A DNA stretch of 32,000 nucleotides from Candidatus Syntropharchaeum caldarium (GTDB lineage Archaea > Halobacteriota > Syntropharchaeia > Syntropharchaeales > Syntropharchaeaceae). The notes under the pieces were generated by a model that was given only the letters and a program-made list of their open reading frames with translations, ran no database searches and was not told where the DNA came from. Of this stretch, positions 9,406-17,897 are shown piece after piece; the first letter of the stretch is position 1, and each line of letters begins with the position of its first letter. The stretch is from contig LYOS01000004.1 in the NCBI GenBank assembly GCA_001766815.1, positions 189,393-221,392 of the forward strand. Direction: 5' to 3'. A program made the translations under genes and the position numbers.

Positions 9406-10160
9406 ACATTCAACTCCGTATTATTCTCAATCCACTTTACTATCTCACCAAGTATCTCTGATGGCGTACCTTCGATGAATATATCTGCGATAAATGTGAG
9501 TATGGTTTTTTCTGGATTTATCTCGATAATCTTTGCTCCATTTTCATTTGCAATGAGGGGCATACTCGCAACAGGTTGCATAAGCTCTCCTGTTCCTATC
9601 ACAAGCATCAACTCGCAGTTTTCAACTTCCTCGCGGGTTTTTACAACCGCTTCAAATGTGATTTTTTCACCAAAGAGAACTGCATCCGGTCGAAGCACAC
9701 CACCACACTTGCATCTGGGTGGAAGTTCCTCGATTGAGACCTCTGTTGCACTGTATTTTTCATTGCAATTCATACAACTCAGATTCATAATATTTCCCTG
9801 TAGTTCGATAACATTCCTGCTTCCAGCGACCTGATGACGGTTATCAAAGTTATTTGTGATGATTGTTGCAAGAAGCCCTTTTTTTTCAAGTTCTGCGAGC
9901 AGCAAATACGCAGGATCCAGTTCACTTTTTTGTATAACCTTGATTGTATTGCCAAGGAGCATCCATGATCTGGCTGGATTTTTCTGTAACGTTGCGATGT
10001 GTGCATACTCTTCAGGGTCGTATTTATTGAATAACCTGTTATCTGCATTGAATGAGGTGATCGCCCCTTTTGCTATGGCATCACCTGTGAGTGCCACCGT
10101 CTTCTTTGAATCAAGAATCAGTGAAGCCGCTGCCTCGATTAGATCATCATGCGCTGACAT
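9402..10160 (-). CDS. Sir2/CobB-family protein with degenerate catalytic and NAD-binding motifs
   Basis: Overall sirtuin architecture is retained: KYDPEE, NPARSW, ITNNFDNRHQVAGS, a Zn ribbon (CMNC...CKCGG) and PDAVLFGE. However GAGIS becomes GDAIA, TFR becomes SFN, and the ELHG catalytic His is Gln (IELQG, codon CAG at 9798-9800). Confidence 0.75.
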   Translation of the reverse strand: MSAHDDLIEAAASLILDSKKTVALTGDAIAKGAITSFNADNRLFNKYDPEEYAHIATLQKNPARSWMLLGNTIKVIQKSELDPAYLLLAELEKKGLLATIITNNFDNRHQVAGSRNVIELQGNIMNLSCMNCNEKYSATEVSIEELPPRCKCGGVLRPDAVLFGEKITFEAVVKTREEVENCELMLVIGTGELMQPVASMPLIANENGAKIIEINPEKTILTFIADIFIEGTPSEILGEIVKWIENNTELNV

Positions 10161-10875
10161 ATTCTCTCCTGTATGTTATCAATTCGGGATTTACATCCAC
10201 CATGACAAAACTTGGAAGTTCACCCCAGAGCGCGAGCCTGTCACGATGAATGATAAATGCACCGTCGATCTCACTAATATCTTTTACCACCGAGAATGCA
10301 TCCTCAATGGCGTCATCTGTGGTAAGTGCGTTACCAAGCGCGGTTGCAGCAGCATCGGCAAGCGCCACGTCGGGTGATAGAACAGATGCCGCATCCGCTA
10401 TACCAAAGCTTATCGAGGGTCCTACCGTTGCAGAGGATGTGCAGATTCCCAGCAGCGGGGTTGGTGCAATCTCAAGTGCAAGATTGTTGATTGCAGACCC
10501 CCCAGCATAGATACCAACCTTGATGGGTCGATCTGTGGTAAGTGCAATATCTCCTCCATTATCAACGATCGCATAGCTTGCCCCTTTTTCTATCATGGCA
10601 GAAAGTGCAAACCCTGCGATGGCACCGGCAACCGCAGCCATGGGCCCACATCCAACTTTTTCTGTTGTTTCAACCATCCATTCAACGATTTCTGGTGCAT
10701 CCCCCTTAAGATCATAGGGTTCAAGTGTTGTGGCAAAGAACGGATCTCTGGTGATGTATGCCTCAAGTTCACGTCTCTGTTTGCGGATTGCGGTAATTGC
10801 AGCCGTAATCTCAGATTCGTGCTCGGCTATCAGGGTTACAATCGTCTCCTTCAACTGAAAGTGCCGTCTTATCAT
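10147..10875 (-). CDS. COG2122/UPF0280 ApbE-like protein (MA1715-type sulfide assimilation factor)
   Basis: GPMAAVAGAIAGFA, VDNGGDIAL, GICTSSATVGPSISFGIADAASV and ADAAATALGN are patterns of the UPF0280 family. The ATG at 10875 forms an ATGA overlap with the ferredoxin gene stop; the track's 23-codon extension was rejected. Confidence 0.7.
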   Translation of the reverse strand: MIRRHFQLKETIVTLIAEHESEITAAITAIRKQRRELEAYITRDPFFATTLEPYDLKGDAPEIVEWMVETTEKVGCGPMAAVAGAIAGFALSAMIEKGASYAIVDNGGDIALTTDRPIKVGIYAGGSAINNLALEIAPTPLLGICTSSATVGPSISFGIADAASVLSPDVALADAAATALGNALTTDDAIEDAFSVVKDISEIDGAFIIHRDRLALWGELPSFVMVDVNPELITYRREYVSA

Positions 10876-11267
10876 ATCTCGCCCTCTGAAAGCGTGAGTG
10901 CAGCGGTAGGGCAGACCGACGTACAGACACCACACTGGATGCATCGGTCGGTCTCAAGCGAAATCGACCAGTCCTTCTCGATTCGGAATGTTTCAACGGG
11001 GCAGACCGACGTACAGACACCACACTGGATGCATCTGCTATCATCACGCATAATCGGCTGATAAAGTAACGAGACTTTCAGCCCCTTATCCTTGAATAGC
11101 TGGACAACACGATTGTATTTATCCTCAGGGATGTCTATGATCATCTCACCACTGATGGGACCGATGTTTGCACGATTTATATTGATCTTTGCCTTTGATT
11201 CAAGGATTACCTCAGCGATTGTAGGTTTTTGAATAATCGATGGCGTATAGGTAAGGCGCACTTTCAT
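10872..11267 (-). CDS. NIL-domain 2x[4Fe-4S] ferredoxin (MA1822-type)
   Basis: N-terminal NIL-like domain (MKVRLTYTPSIIQKPTIAEVI...) plus two CIQCGVCTSVCP cluster motifs. ATGA overlaps with both neighbouring genes. Confidence 0.8.
   Translation of the reverse strand: MKVRLTYTPSIIQKPTIAEVILESKAKININRANIGPISGEMIIDIPEDKYNRVVQLFKDKGLKVSLLYQPIMRDDSRCIQCGVCTSVCPVETFRIEKDWSISLETDRCIQCGVCTSVCPTAALTLSEGEI
10909..11035 (-). repeat. Perfect 37-nt intragenic direct repeat (copies 10909-10945 and 10999-11035, period 90 nt)
   Basis: gggcagaccgacgtacagacaccacactggatgcatc occurs twice on the + strand. Each copy encodes one RCIQCGVCTSVCP ferredoxin motif of the NIL-ferredoxin. Confidence 0.95.
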
Positions 11268-12769
11268 CTTCTCATGCCTCCTATAAGTCGGCTGATCCTA
11301 TCACCTGTGATAATCCCTATTACATGGTTCTTTGAGTCAACAACAGGCAGAGCTGAGATATTATATTTTTCGATCATCCTTGCAGCGTGTGCAACAGGCT
11401 CATCTGGGTATGCAGTAAGGACGTTTCTGGTCATAATCTCACCTGCATTTGCTTCTCTGTTCTCTGCGACCACCCTTGCAATATCCCATGCAGTCAGCAT
11501 TCCCACGAGCGTGTTATCCTTCGATACCACAGGTACCTGTGTAACCTCTTCCTTTACCATCGTTTCTGCTATCTGCTGTATGTTGTAGTCTTCTCCCACT
11601 GTGACAACATTATCCTGCATTACATCCATTACAAACGGGTGCTGTTTTGTCTGGCGCATCGGTTTCTGGATGGTATCACGCGGCAGGGATTTTACAGGTT
11701 CGGTTATGAAAAACTCGCCCTTTTTGATCCAGTCAGCGAGTGTGTCTGCAACTTTCATTGCGAGGTAGTAACTTGAGAGAGGATATGTCTTGATCACTCT
11801 CCCACCCTCGATCTCTATTTCGCCTGATTTAAGGTCTTTGTATGAGACGGTACCAAGTAGCGGGCGTTTCCTTCTTGGTATGCCATAGTCAATGACATCA
11901 GTCATCAGATCTTCGTCTCTGACACCTGTATTTTCTGCAATTTTCTCATTCAGGATTGGGATTGGAACACCAAGACCTACATAGAGCGTTGTGCCATATC
12001 GTTTGAAACTTGCACCCCGCAAAAACTCAGGATCCATCCCTTTCATATCTCCTTTTACCATGAGTGTTCCAAACCGCTCTGCCGGGTTGTGCTGTGTACC
12101 CTCACCGATGATATACCCCTCGCCACCACACAGAAAGATTCGTGTCCCGATCCCGATCGTCTCAAAATTCGGATCATTTGCGATCGGTGACAGTTCACCC
12201 GCACCTGAGTAGGTTGCATTCTGGAAGTTCGGGAATAATGTTCCCATATAGGTATCAATCACACGCTCTGTGCTGTTTGTTGCCACTGCGTATCGTTGAT
12301 AGGCGTTTCTTGGGTTGAGCATGATTGCCTGATTGAGATCATCGATCCGGATCGTGGTTTCAAGTTCCTGCATTGGGTAACAGTCAGATCCCTGGGATCT
12401 TGCATAGACGTCGATACTCTTTCCTCTGACAAGATCCTCGATGACATGCCCCCCGCCATACGCCATACCCTCTGTGCTCGAGCTCTCGGTAGCGCCGATG
12501 AAGACATCAACCGCTGCAATCCCTCCATACGCCTTCACATTATTGAGTCTGATATCTGCAAGTTTCATCGGCGGATCTGCATGTCCAAAGTTCAGAAACG
12601 CTCCCGATGAGCACATGGCGCCAAATGTGCCTGTTGTAACAACATCAACTTCCTTTGCTGCCTGTTCGGGTCCAAGCTCCTCCACAATCTCGCACATCTG
12701 ATCCGCTGTAACAACAGCAACACTACCTGAGCGTATACGCTCATTTATCTCATCAATCGTCTTTTTCAT
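11264..12769 (-). CDS. COG1900 (DUF39) + tandem CBS protein, homocysteine biosynthesis (MA1821-type)
   Basis: 501 aa. A large DUF39-like N-terminal domain (TTGTFGAMCSSGAFLNFGH...) and two C-terminal CBS motifs (VMDVMQDNVVTV...; IMTRNVLTAYPDEP...ISALPVVD). Followed by the NIL-ferredoxin, as in the described MA1821-MA1822 pair. Confidence 0.8.
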   Translation of the reverse strand: MKKTIDEINERIRSGSVAVVTADQMCEIVEELGPEQAAKEVDVVTTGTFGAMCSSGAFLNFGHADPPMKLADIRLNNVKAYGGIAAVDVFIGATESSSTEGMAYGGGHVIEDLVRGKSIDVYARSQGSDCYPMQELETTIRIDDLNQAIMLNPRNAYQRYAVATNSTERVIDTYMGTLFPNFQNATYSGAGELSPIANDPNFETIGIGTRIFLCGGEGYIIGEGTQHNPAERFGTLMVKGDMKGMDPEFLRGASFKRYGTTLYVGLGVPIPILNEKIAENTGVRDEDLMTDVIDYGIPRRKRPLLGTVSYKDLKSGEIEIEGGRVIKTYPLSSYYLAMKVADTLADWIKKGEFFITEPVKSLPRDTIQKPMRQTKQHPFVMDVMQDNVVTVGEDYNIQQIAETMVKEEVTQVPVVSKDNTLVGMLTAWDIARVVAENREANAGEIMTRNVLTAYPDEPVAHAARMIEKYNISALPVVDSKNHVIGIITGDRISRLIGGMRR

Positions 12770-12775
12770 CTCTTA

Positions 12776-13507
12776 TTACTCCAGAATCTTCTCAAATTTA
12801 TCTATGAAAGCGGCAGGATTTGTGAGAAACTCAAGACGCTCTATATCTTTCCTGATCAGTCCGTAGATCTCTTTTGCCTTGATAAGTCCAAATTCTGGCA
12901 TATCTCTGGGTTTTATGAATCGAATCGGTGGAAGTTCCCCATATAGTTTGTTTTTAACAAAACCATCGATTGTTTCAAAGTATGCACCGCCACGTTTTCT
13001 AACAATTGGTTCATAGATTGACGAGAAACTTCTTGAGACCAGGTTTGCCATTTTCAACCGTTTATTCGATGGATTTATCGTTATATGGCCGTATCCTGGT
13101 GGTATGAGTACTTTATCCCTTTCTGCTGCTTCCACAATTACGACATCTGTGATACTTGACCCTTCAAGCCGCTGGAGAAGATAATGCGCCTCACCCTCAA
13201 GCACCTCATAAACCTCCGGATATGTAACCCCTTCTTTGCCTGCTGGTGGGTGATAATGCCCCGCGGTCTTGACGTACTCACATCCAAGCAGAAGCGGAGG
13301 GATTATAGTGATATCGTACCTGAGATCTGCTTCTTTCAGGATCTCATGATCTCGTTTGCTCAGATAGAGATCCCTGTACATAAAGTAGAGATCCATATCA
13401 TCGGCATGATCTGCAAAGGATCGATCAAAGAGAAGCTCGCGCATATCGGATAATCGCCTTACATCTGGCTGAACAACTCTATCACCAAAAGTGAGTGGAA
13501 GATCCAT
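12776..13507 (-). CDS. Cupin-type glucose-6-phosphate isomerase family protein
   Basis: VRRLSDM, TAGHYHPP...YPEVYEVLEGEAHYLLQ and VLIPPGYGHITIN match cupin PGI (Pyrococcus pgiA-type) metal-site motifs. At 243 aa it is the longer variant. Confidence 0.62.
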   Translation of the reverse strand: MDLPLTFGDRVVQPDVRRLSDMRELLFDRSFADHADDMDLYFMYRDLYLSKRDHEILKEADLRYDITIIPPLLLGCEYVKTAGHYHPPAGKEGVTYPEVYEVLEGEAHYLLQRLEGSSITDVVIVEAAERDKVLIPPGYGHITINPSNKRLKMANLVSRSFSSIYEPIVRKRGGAYFETIDGFVKNKLYGELPPIRFIKPRDMPEFGLIKAKEIYGLIRKDIERLEFLTNPAAFIDKFEKILE

Positions 13508-13669
13508 GATCGTTAGCTTGATCCTCTATCGATAAATATGTTTTCATTTTTCGGGATATCAATTATCTCTCCCATCCCGAAACATTCCCCATAACTTTAT
13601 TAAACCATGATATATTGCTGCCAGCACCGCAAAAACTATAATAACTTCAACGCTTAAAAGCCTCTGGAG

Positions 13670-14779
13670 ATGGGAAGAGTGGCGTTCGAGATTGAACCTG
13701 GATCAATAATTACAGATTTATCGAACTTCGAATATATCCACTATGCCATAGCGATCCTTATCATCCTGCTGACGCTCTCGGCTACTAAGCTGACCTTCTT
13801 GATCTTCAACACATATCTGAAGCGACTTGCAGCAAAGACAGCGACAAACCTGGATGACATCATTATTAAGACCGCAGAGAAGTCTGTTTACATCATTGTA
13901 CTCTTGATCGGTGCATATTTCGCGCTATATTACATCGAGTTCCCATGGCTCACTCAGTTTTTCGTGCTCATCAAAATAATCAGCGTTATAATCGGGACAT
14001 GGGTCTCGATCGAGCTTTTCAGGCGATTGATCAAGGACTACGGGCACGAACTTACCAGGAAGACCGAAACAAGGATCGACGATGTGATCATACCCGTCGC
14101 CGAGAAACTGGGTAAAATTGTAATCATTGTAATTGGAGTCCTCATCATCCTTGATATTCTTGAGATCAAGATAACACCGATGCTTGCAGGACTGGGGATT
14201 GCAGGGATTGCGGTTGCGCTGGCAGCACAGGAAACGCTCTCCAATATGTTCTCTGGCGTATTTCTCATGTTAGATCATCCAGTCAAGATCGGAGAGCGAA
14301 TAATCCTTGACTCTGGTGAGCTATGTGAGGTGCGTGATATAGGACTTCGAAGTACAAAACTCTATAATGTCGTTGAGCACACGATGATCTTCGTCCCGAA
14401 TGAGATGCTTGCAAAGAGCAAGATCGTCAATATCTCGGCCCCGGATCTTCGATTGAAAGTTCAATTTCCGATCGGGGTTGCCTATGGTACGGATGTCAGG
14501 AAAGTGCGGGAAGTTCTCATTGAGATTGCCAGAGAGGCGCCTGATGTCCTTAACGACCCTGAGCCGATCGTTGTATTCAGGGAATTTGGTGACTTTTCAC
14601 TCAACCTCCTTTTGATTCTCTGGATCGATGATATAAAGAAGAAGTTTGACGTGATCGACTATGTCAACCAGCGAATCGATGATCGATTCAAGGAAGAGGG
14701 GATCGAGATACCATTCCCGATAAGAACGCTTTACATGCCTGATCTTAGAGAAAGGGGGAGTAAAAAATTTGATTTCTAA
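13670..14779 (+). CDS. MscS-family mechanosensitive channel
   Basis: N-terminal TM helices, then the pore-helix signature LGIAGIAVALAAQETLSNMFSGVFLMLDHPVKIGERI and a C-terminal beta domain. Confidence 0.85.
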   Translation: MGRVAFEIEPGSIITDLSNFEYIHYAIAILIILLTLSATKLTFLIFNTYLKRLAAKTATNLDDIIIKTAEKSVYIIVLLIGAYFALYYIEFPWLTQFFVLIKIISVIIGTWVSIELFRRLIKDYGHELTRKTETRIDDVIIPVAEKLGKIVIIVIGVLIILDILEIKITPMLAGLGIAGIAVALAAQETLSNMFSGVFLMLDHPVKIGERIILDSGELCEVRDIGLRSTKLYNVVEHTMIFVPNEMLAKSKIVNISAPDLRLKVQFPIGVAYGTDVRKVREVLIEIAREAPDVLNDPEPIVVFREFGDFSLNLLLILWIDDIKKKFDVIDYVNQRIDDRFKEEGIEIPFPIRTLYMPDLRERGSKKFDF

Positions 14780-16289
14780 AAATAGATGCTATTTATATCT
14801 TTTTATTGCTATATTAATCCTATCGGTGATACTCAGGTTCTACAACCTTGGTCTGAGACCTTTTCACCATGATGAGGCGGTTCATGGCTGGTTTACGCTG
14901 AAGATCTTAAATACAGGGGATTACCACTACCAGCCATGGGCACACGGTCCGCTACAGTACTACCTCACCACCGTTGTATTCTATCTCTTTGGAACGACTG
15001 AGTTCACAGGGAGGGTGATACCCGCGATCATAGGGGTTTTACTTGTTGCATCTGCCTACCCACTCAGACGCTATATCGGAAAGAATGGGTCGCTCTTTCT
15101 TGCATTGTTTTTTGCAATATCTCCTTCAATCCTCTACTACTCCCGTTTTTTCAGAAACGATATATATATCGCACTCTTTGCAATTTTAATCTTGATCGCG
15201 ATACTGAGATATGTTGATACAAAAAAACTCTACTGGGCGGTATCAGCAGGCATCATCGCGGCCCTTGCTGCATCTACAAAGGAGAATGCGTATATCGTGC
15301 TCTTTATCTTTGTATCATTCGCAATCCTCTATCTGATACGTGAGCGCGGCCATCTTAAAATTCGTGAAATTATAAAAACAAACCTGCCTGCGATAATATC
15401 AGCGGGTATAGCAGGACTCTTCGTCTATTTTCTCCTCTACAGCTTCTTTTTACAGCACCCATCAGATCCTTTCCATGCGATTCCTGATGCGCTTGATCAC
15501 TGGAGTAACTACACAGGTGGTCCGAGTGGTCCCTTCTACTTCTACATCCCGCTGATGATACTATATGAGCTTCCAATACTTCTATTTGGAATTTTAGGGA
15601 TCATATACTACTGGTTCAGAGAAAAAGGAAACGTCATGATGTTATTTCTCAGCTACTACTTTGCAGTATCGATGATAATTCATGCGAGTATCCACGAGAA
15701 AGCGCCGTGGCTTACAATCCACCTCATACTCCCACTTGCAATCATCGCAGCAAGCTATCTCGATAAACTCATGCAAATGGACTGGAATGGAACAAAGAAG
15801 ATATTGACCGCTATTCTTGGGATAACACTGGTATTTATGGCCGCAAACAGCCTCGCTCTTAATTATATTCGATTTGTCGATCCTGCCGAGCCGATGATTC
15901 AGGCAGCACAGCCTGATATGCGGTTTGCCGAGATGATGGCAGTTACAGAGAGGGTTGCAGCAGGTATTGATGGCTACAACACCTCGATAATTGTGACCGA
16001 TAACAAGCTTGAGACACAGCTTCTCTGGAAATTGAGAGATTTTAAGAAGATTAGATGGAGGGTCAATATAAATTCAACACTTGATGCACCCCTGATCTTT
16101 GTTCATGATCTTGATGCAGATGTTGTCGAGGCAAACCTTGAGCGAGAAGGATACAGCAGGATGGATGCAAGGATTCTGCAGTGGTACTGGTGGAAACGGA
16201 GTGATGTAACACTCAGGTTCATACTCTTCAGGGAGATGGACAGGGCATCTGATGGATACGGAGTCGTGCTCTTCTATAAAGGGGAATGA
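14769..16289 (+). CDS. GT-C fold (PMT_2/ArnT-like, TIGR03663-like) membrane glycosyltransferase family protein
   Basis: 506 aa, polytopic. The first-loop motif RFYNLGLRPFHHDEAVHGWF has a DE-type acidic pair typical of GT-C enzymes. The TTG start is preceded by an AGGGGGAG SD. Confidence 0.58.
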   Translation: MISKNRCYLYLFIAILILSVILRFYNLGLRPFHHDEAVHGWFTLKILNTGDYHYQPWAHGPLQYYLTTVVFYLFGTTEFTGRVIPAIIGVLLVASAYPLRRYIGKNGSLFLALFFAISPSILYYSRFFRNDIYIALFAILILIAILRYVDTKKLYWAVSAGIIAALAASTKENAYIVLFIFVSFAILYLIRERGHLKIREIIKTNLPAIISAGIAGLFVYFLLYSFFLQHPSDPFHAIPDALDHWSNYTGGPSGPFYFYIPLMILYELPILLFGILGIIYYWFREKGNVMMLFLSYYFAVSMIIHASIHEKAPWLTIHLILPLAIIAASYLDKLMQMDWNGTKKILTAILGITLVFMAANSLALNYIRFVDPAEPMIQAAQPDMRFAEMMAVTERVAAGIDGYNTSIIVTDNKLETQLLWKLRDFKKIRWRVNINSTLDAPLIFVHDLDADVVEANLEREGYSRMDARILQWYWWKRSDVTLRFILFREMDRASDGYGVVLFYKGE

Positions 16290-17194
16290 TCGTGTTTGAT
16301 ACCTGGATCGCCATTCTTGTTCTTGCGATTCTCATCGATATCCTCATCGGTGAACCGCCCGAAGAGATTCATCCTGTTGTATGGATCGGAACCGTGATCG
16401 ATCATCTGGATGGGCGGATTGTGCGCGTGGGGGGATGTTTGGATCTTTTAAAAGGTGCAGGGCTTCTTGCTACATGCATCCTCTTATTTGGGCTCGTTAC
16501 CTTCATTGTGATGGATATTACAGGCAGATGGTTTCTTCTCGAAGTTATTGTGGGAGGATTTATTCTGAAAAGCACGTTCTCATTTAGATACTTCAAGGAC
16601 GCAGTGAGAAAGGTTTATGAGGCTCTGAGTGAGAAGGATCTCGATCTGGCGAGGTCACAGATCTCGATGCTTGTGAGTCGTAAGACTGATGAGCTTGATG
16701 AACCGCATCTCGTAAGTGCCACCTTAGAAACCGCATCAGAGAACCTTGTTGATGGCATCATCGCACCACTTCTCTTTTTTTCGGTATTTGGAGTTGTTGG
16801 GGCTGTTATATACAGGGTTATTAATACCGCAGACTCGATGCTTGGATACAGGAACGAGCGCTACAGAGACGTTGGTTTTGTATCAGCAAAGCTCGATGAT
16901 CTCCTGAACTTCATTCCAGCAAGAGCTGGCGGGGTTCTGATCGCGCTTGCCTGCATGCGCGGTTTTGATACGATGATTGAGAATCGTAAAAAGTGTCCCA
17001 GTCCGAACTCATGTTACCCGATGGCAGCAATTGCAGGTGGTCTTGGGGTCTGGCTTGAGAAAAGCGGGGAGTACAGGATAAATGAAGAGGGGAGGGCGCC
17101 CACTCCGAGAGATATTGATCGTTGCCTTGAGGTGATGGATCTCGTTTTTGTAATGGTGATTCTTATTGTGGTTGTGATTCTTACTGGATGGTGA
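16286..17194 (+). CDS. cbiB: Adenosylcobinamide-phosphate synthase CbiB/CobD
   Basis: HPVVWIG, ENLVDGIIAPLLFF, INTADSMLGYRNERYRDVGFVSAKLDDLLNFIPAR and SPNS..PMAAIAGGLG closely match CbiB. ATGA overlap with the upstream gene. Confidence 0.88.
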   Translation: MIVFDTWIAILVLAILIDILIGEPPEEIHPVVWIGTVIDHLDGRIVRVGGCLDLLKGAGLLATCILLFGLVTFIVMDITGRWFLLEVIVGGFILKSTFSFRYFKDAVRKVYEALSEKDLDLARSQISMLVSRKTDELDEPHLVSATLETASENLVDGIIAPLLFFSVFGVVGAVIYRVINTADSMLGYRNERYRDVGFVSAKLDDLLNFIPARAGGVLIALACMRGFDTMIENRKKCPSPNSCYPMAAIAGGLGVWLEKSGEYRINEEGRAPTPRDIDRCLEVMDLVFVMVILIVVVILTGW

Positions 17195-17261
17195 TATCGA
17201 TTAGATATAAGCGTAGATCATATATACCACCACTGTAAAGATGATGTGAGGTTGAAATTTT

Positions 17262-17897
17262 ATGCCTGATCTTATTCGAGAAGTAGCAGAGCGGGTGTTT
17301 GCAAGAGAGTTCAACAACAGCACATGTGTATTCAGAGAAGAAGACGGTGAAAGAGCGCCAAGATTTCTCCTGACACCCACCGCTGCAAAGTGCAACAGGA
17401 TCTTTGTTGTCGGGACGCTGACTGAACGAGAGGACATAGGAACTGATCTTGAGTACTGGCGAGGCAGGGTTGTCGATCCCACCGGTGGGTTCACGATCTA
17501 TGCAGGACAGTACCAGGAGGAGGTTATGGAACGGCTCGCATCGATCGAGGTACCAAAATGGGTTGCTGTAATCGGAAAACCCAATGTGCGAGAGCGAGAG
17601 GTCAACGGCGTCATCAACACCTACACATCGCTGAGACCTGAGTATATTGAGGTTGTGGATGCTGTAACACGAGATCTATGGGTGATCGATGCTGCCAGAG
17701 CAACCATCGATCGTATAAGGCGGATGAAGAACCCTGTGGGTCTTGATGCTGAGACATTGAGAAATATCGAGCACGCAAAGGATTATTATGAATTCATTGA
17801 TCTTGAATATTACAAGGAAATGGTGATCGAAGCATTGAAGTCACTTAAGGATCGTGGTACAGGCATTGAGACCATCGACCTGTCTGCCAAAATATAA
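17262..17897 (+). CDS. RPA-associated OB-fold protein (COG3390/RPAP-like)
   Basis: REVAERVFAREF...ERAPRFLLTPTAAKCNRIFVVGTLTE...GRVVDPTGGFTIYAGQYQ...SLRPEYIEVVD matches my recollection of the haloarchaeal Rpap pattern. Needs an HMM check. Confidence 0.55.
   Translation: MPDLIREVAERVFAREFNNSTCVFREEDGERAPRFLLTPTAAKCNRIFVVGTLTEREDIGTDLEYWRGRVVDPTGGFTIYAGQYQEEVMERLASIEVPKWVAVIGKPNVREREVNGVINTYTSLRPEYIEVVDAVTRDLWVIDAARATIDRIRRMKNPVGLDAETLRNIEHAKDYYEFIDLEYYKEMVIEALKSLKDRGTGIETIDLSAKI

Noticed and set aside
5881-10944. N-terminal extensions in the track ORFs for hisF (to 6741), the 130-aa protein (to 7249) and the COG2122 protein (to 10944).
   Set aside because: The extensions are Arg/Cys/Trp-rich, overlap upstream genes and precede family-typical N-termini. 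Internal ATGs at 6696, 7096 (GGTGA SD) and 10875 (ATGA coupling) were chosen instead.
10811-11061. Two overlapping ORFs with internally repeated peptides (…DASSVVSVRRSA… and …GQTDVQTPHWMH…).
   Set aside because: The repeats are just alternative-frame or antisense readings of the 37-nt duplication inside the NIL-ferredoxin gene. The ferredoxin frame (CIQCGVCTSVCP x2) is the real one.
17236-17270. Possible C/D-box sRNA (AGATGATGT ... CTGA) upstream of the OB-fold gene, and a second GTGATGG/CTGA pair on the minus strand around 29660-29700.
   Set aside because: The box sequences are imperfect. The C-to-D' spacing (18 nt and 5 nt) does not fit the ~12-nt guide geometry. The first is better explained as the GAGGT SD region of the CDS.
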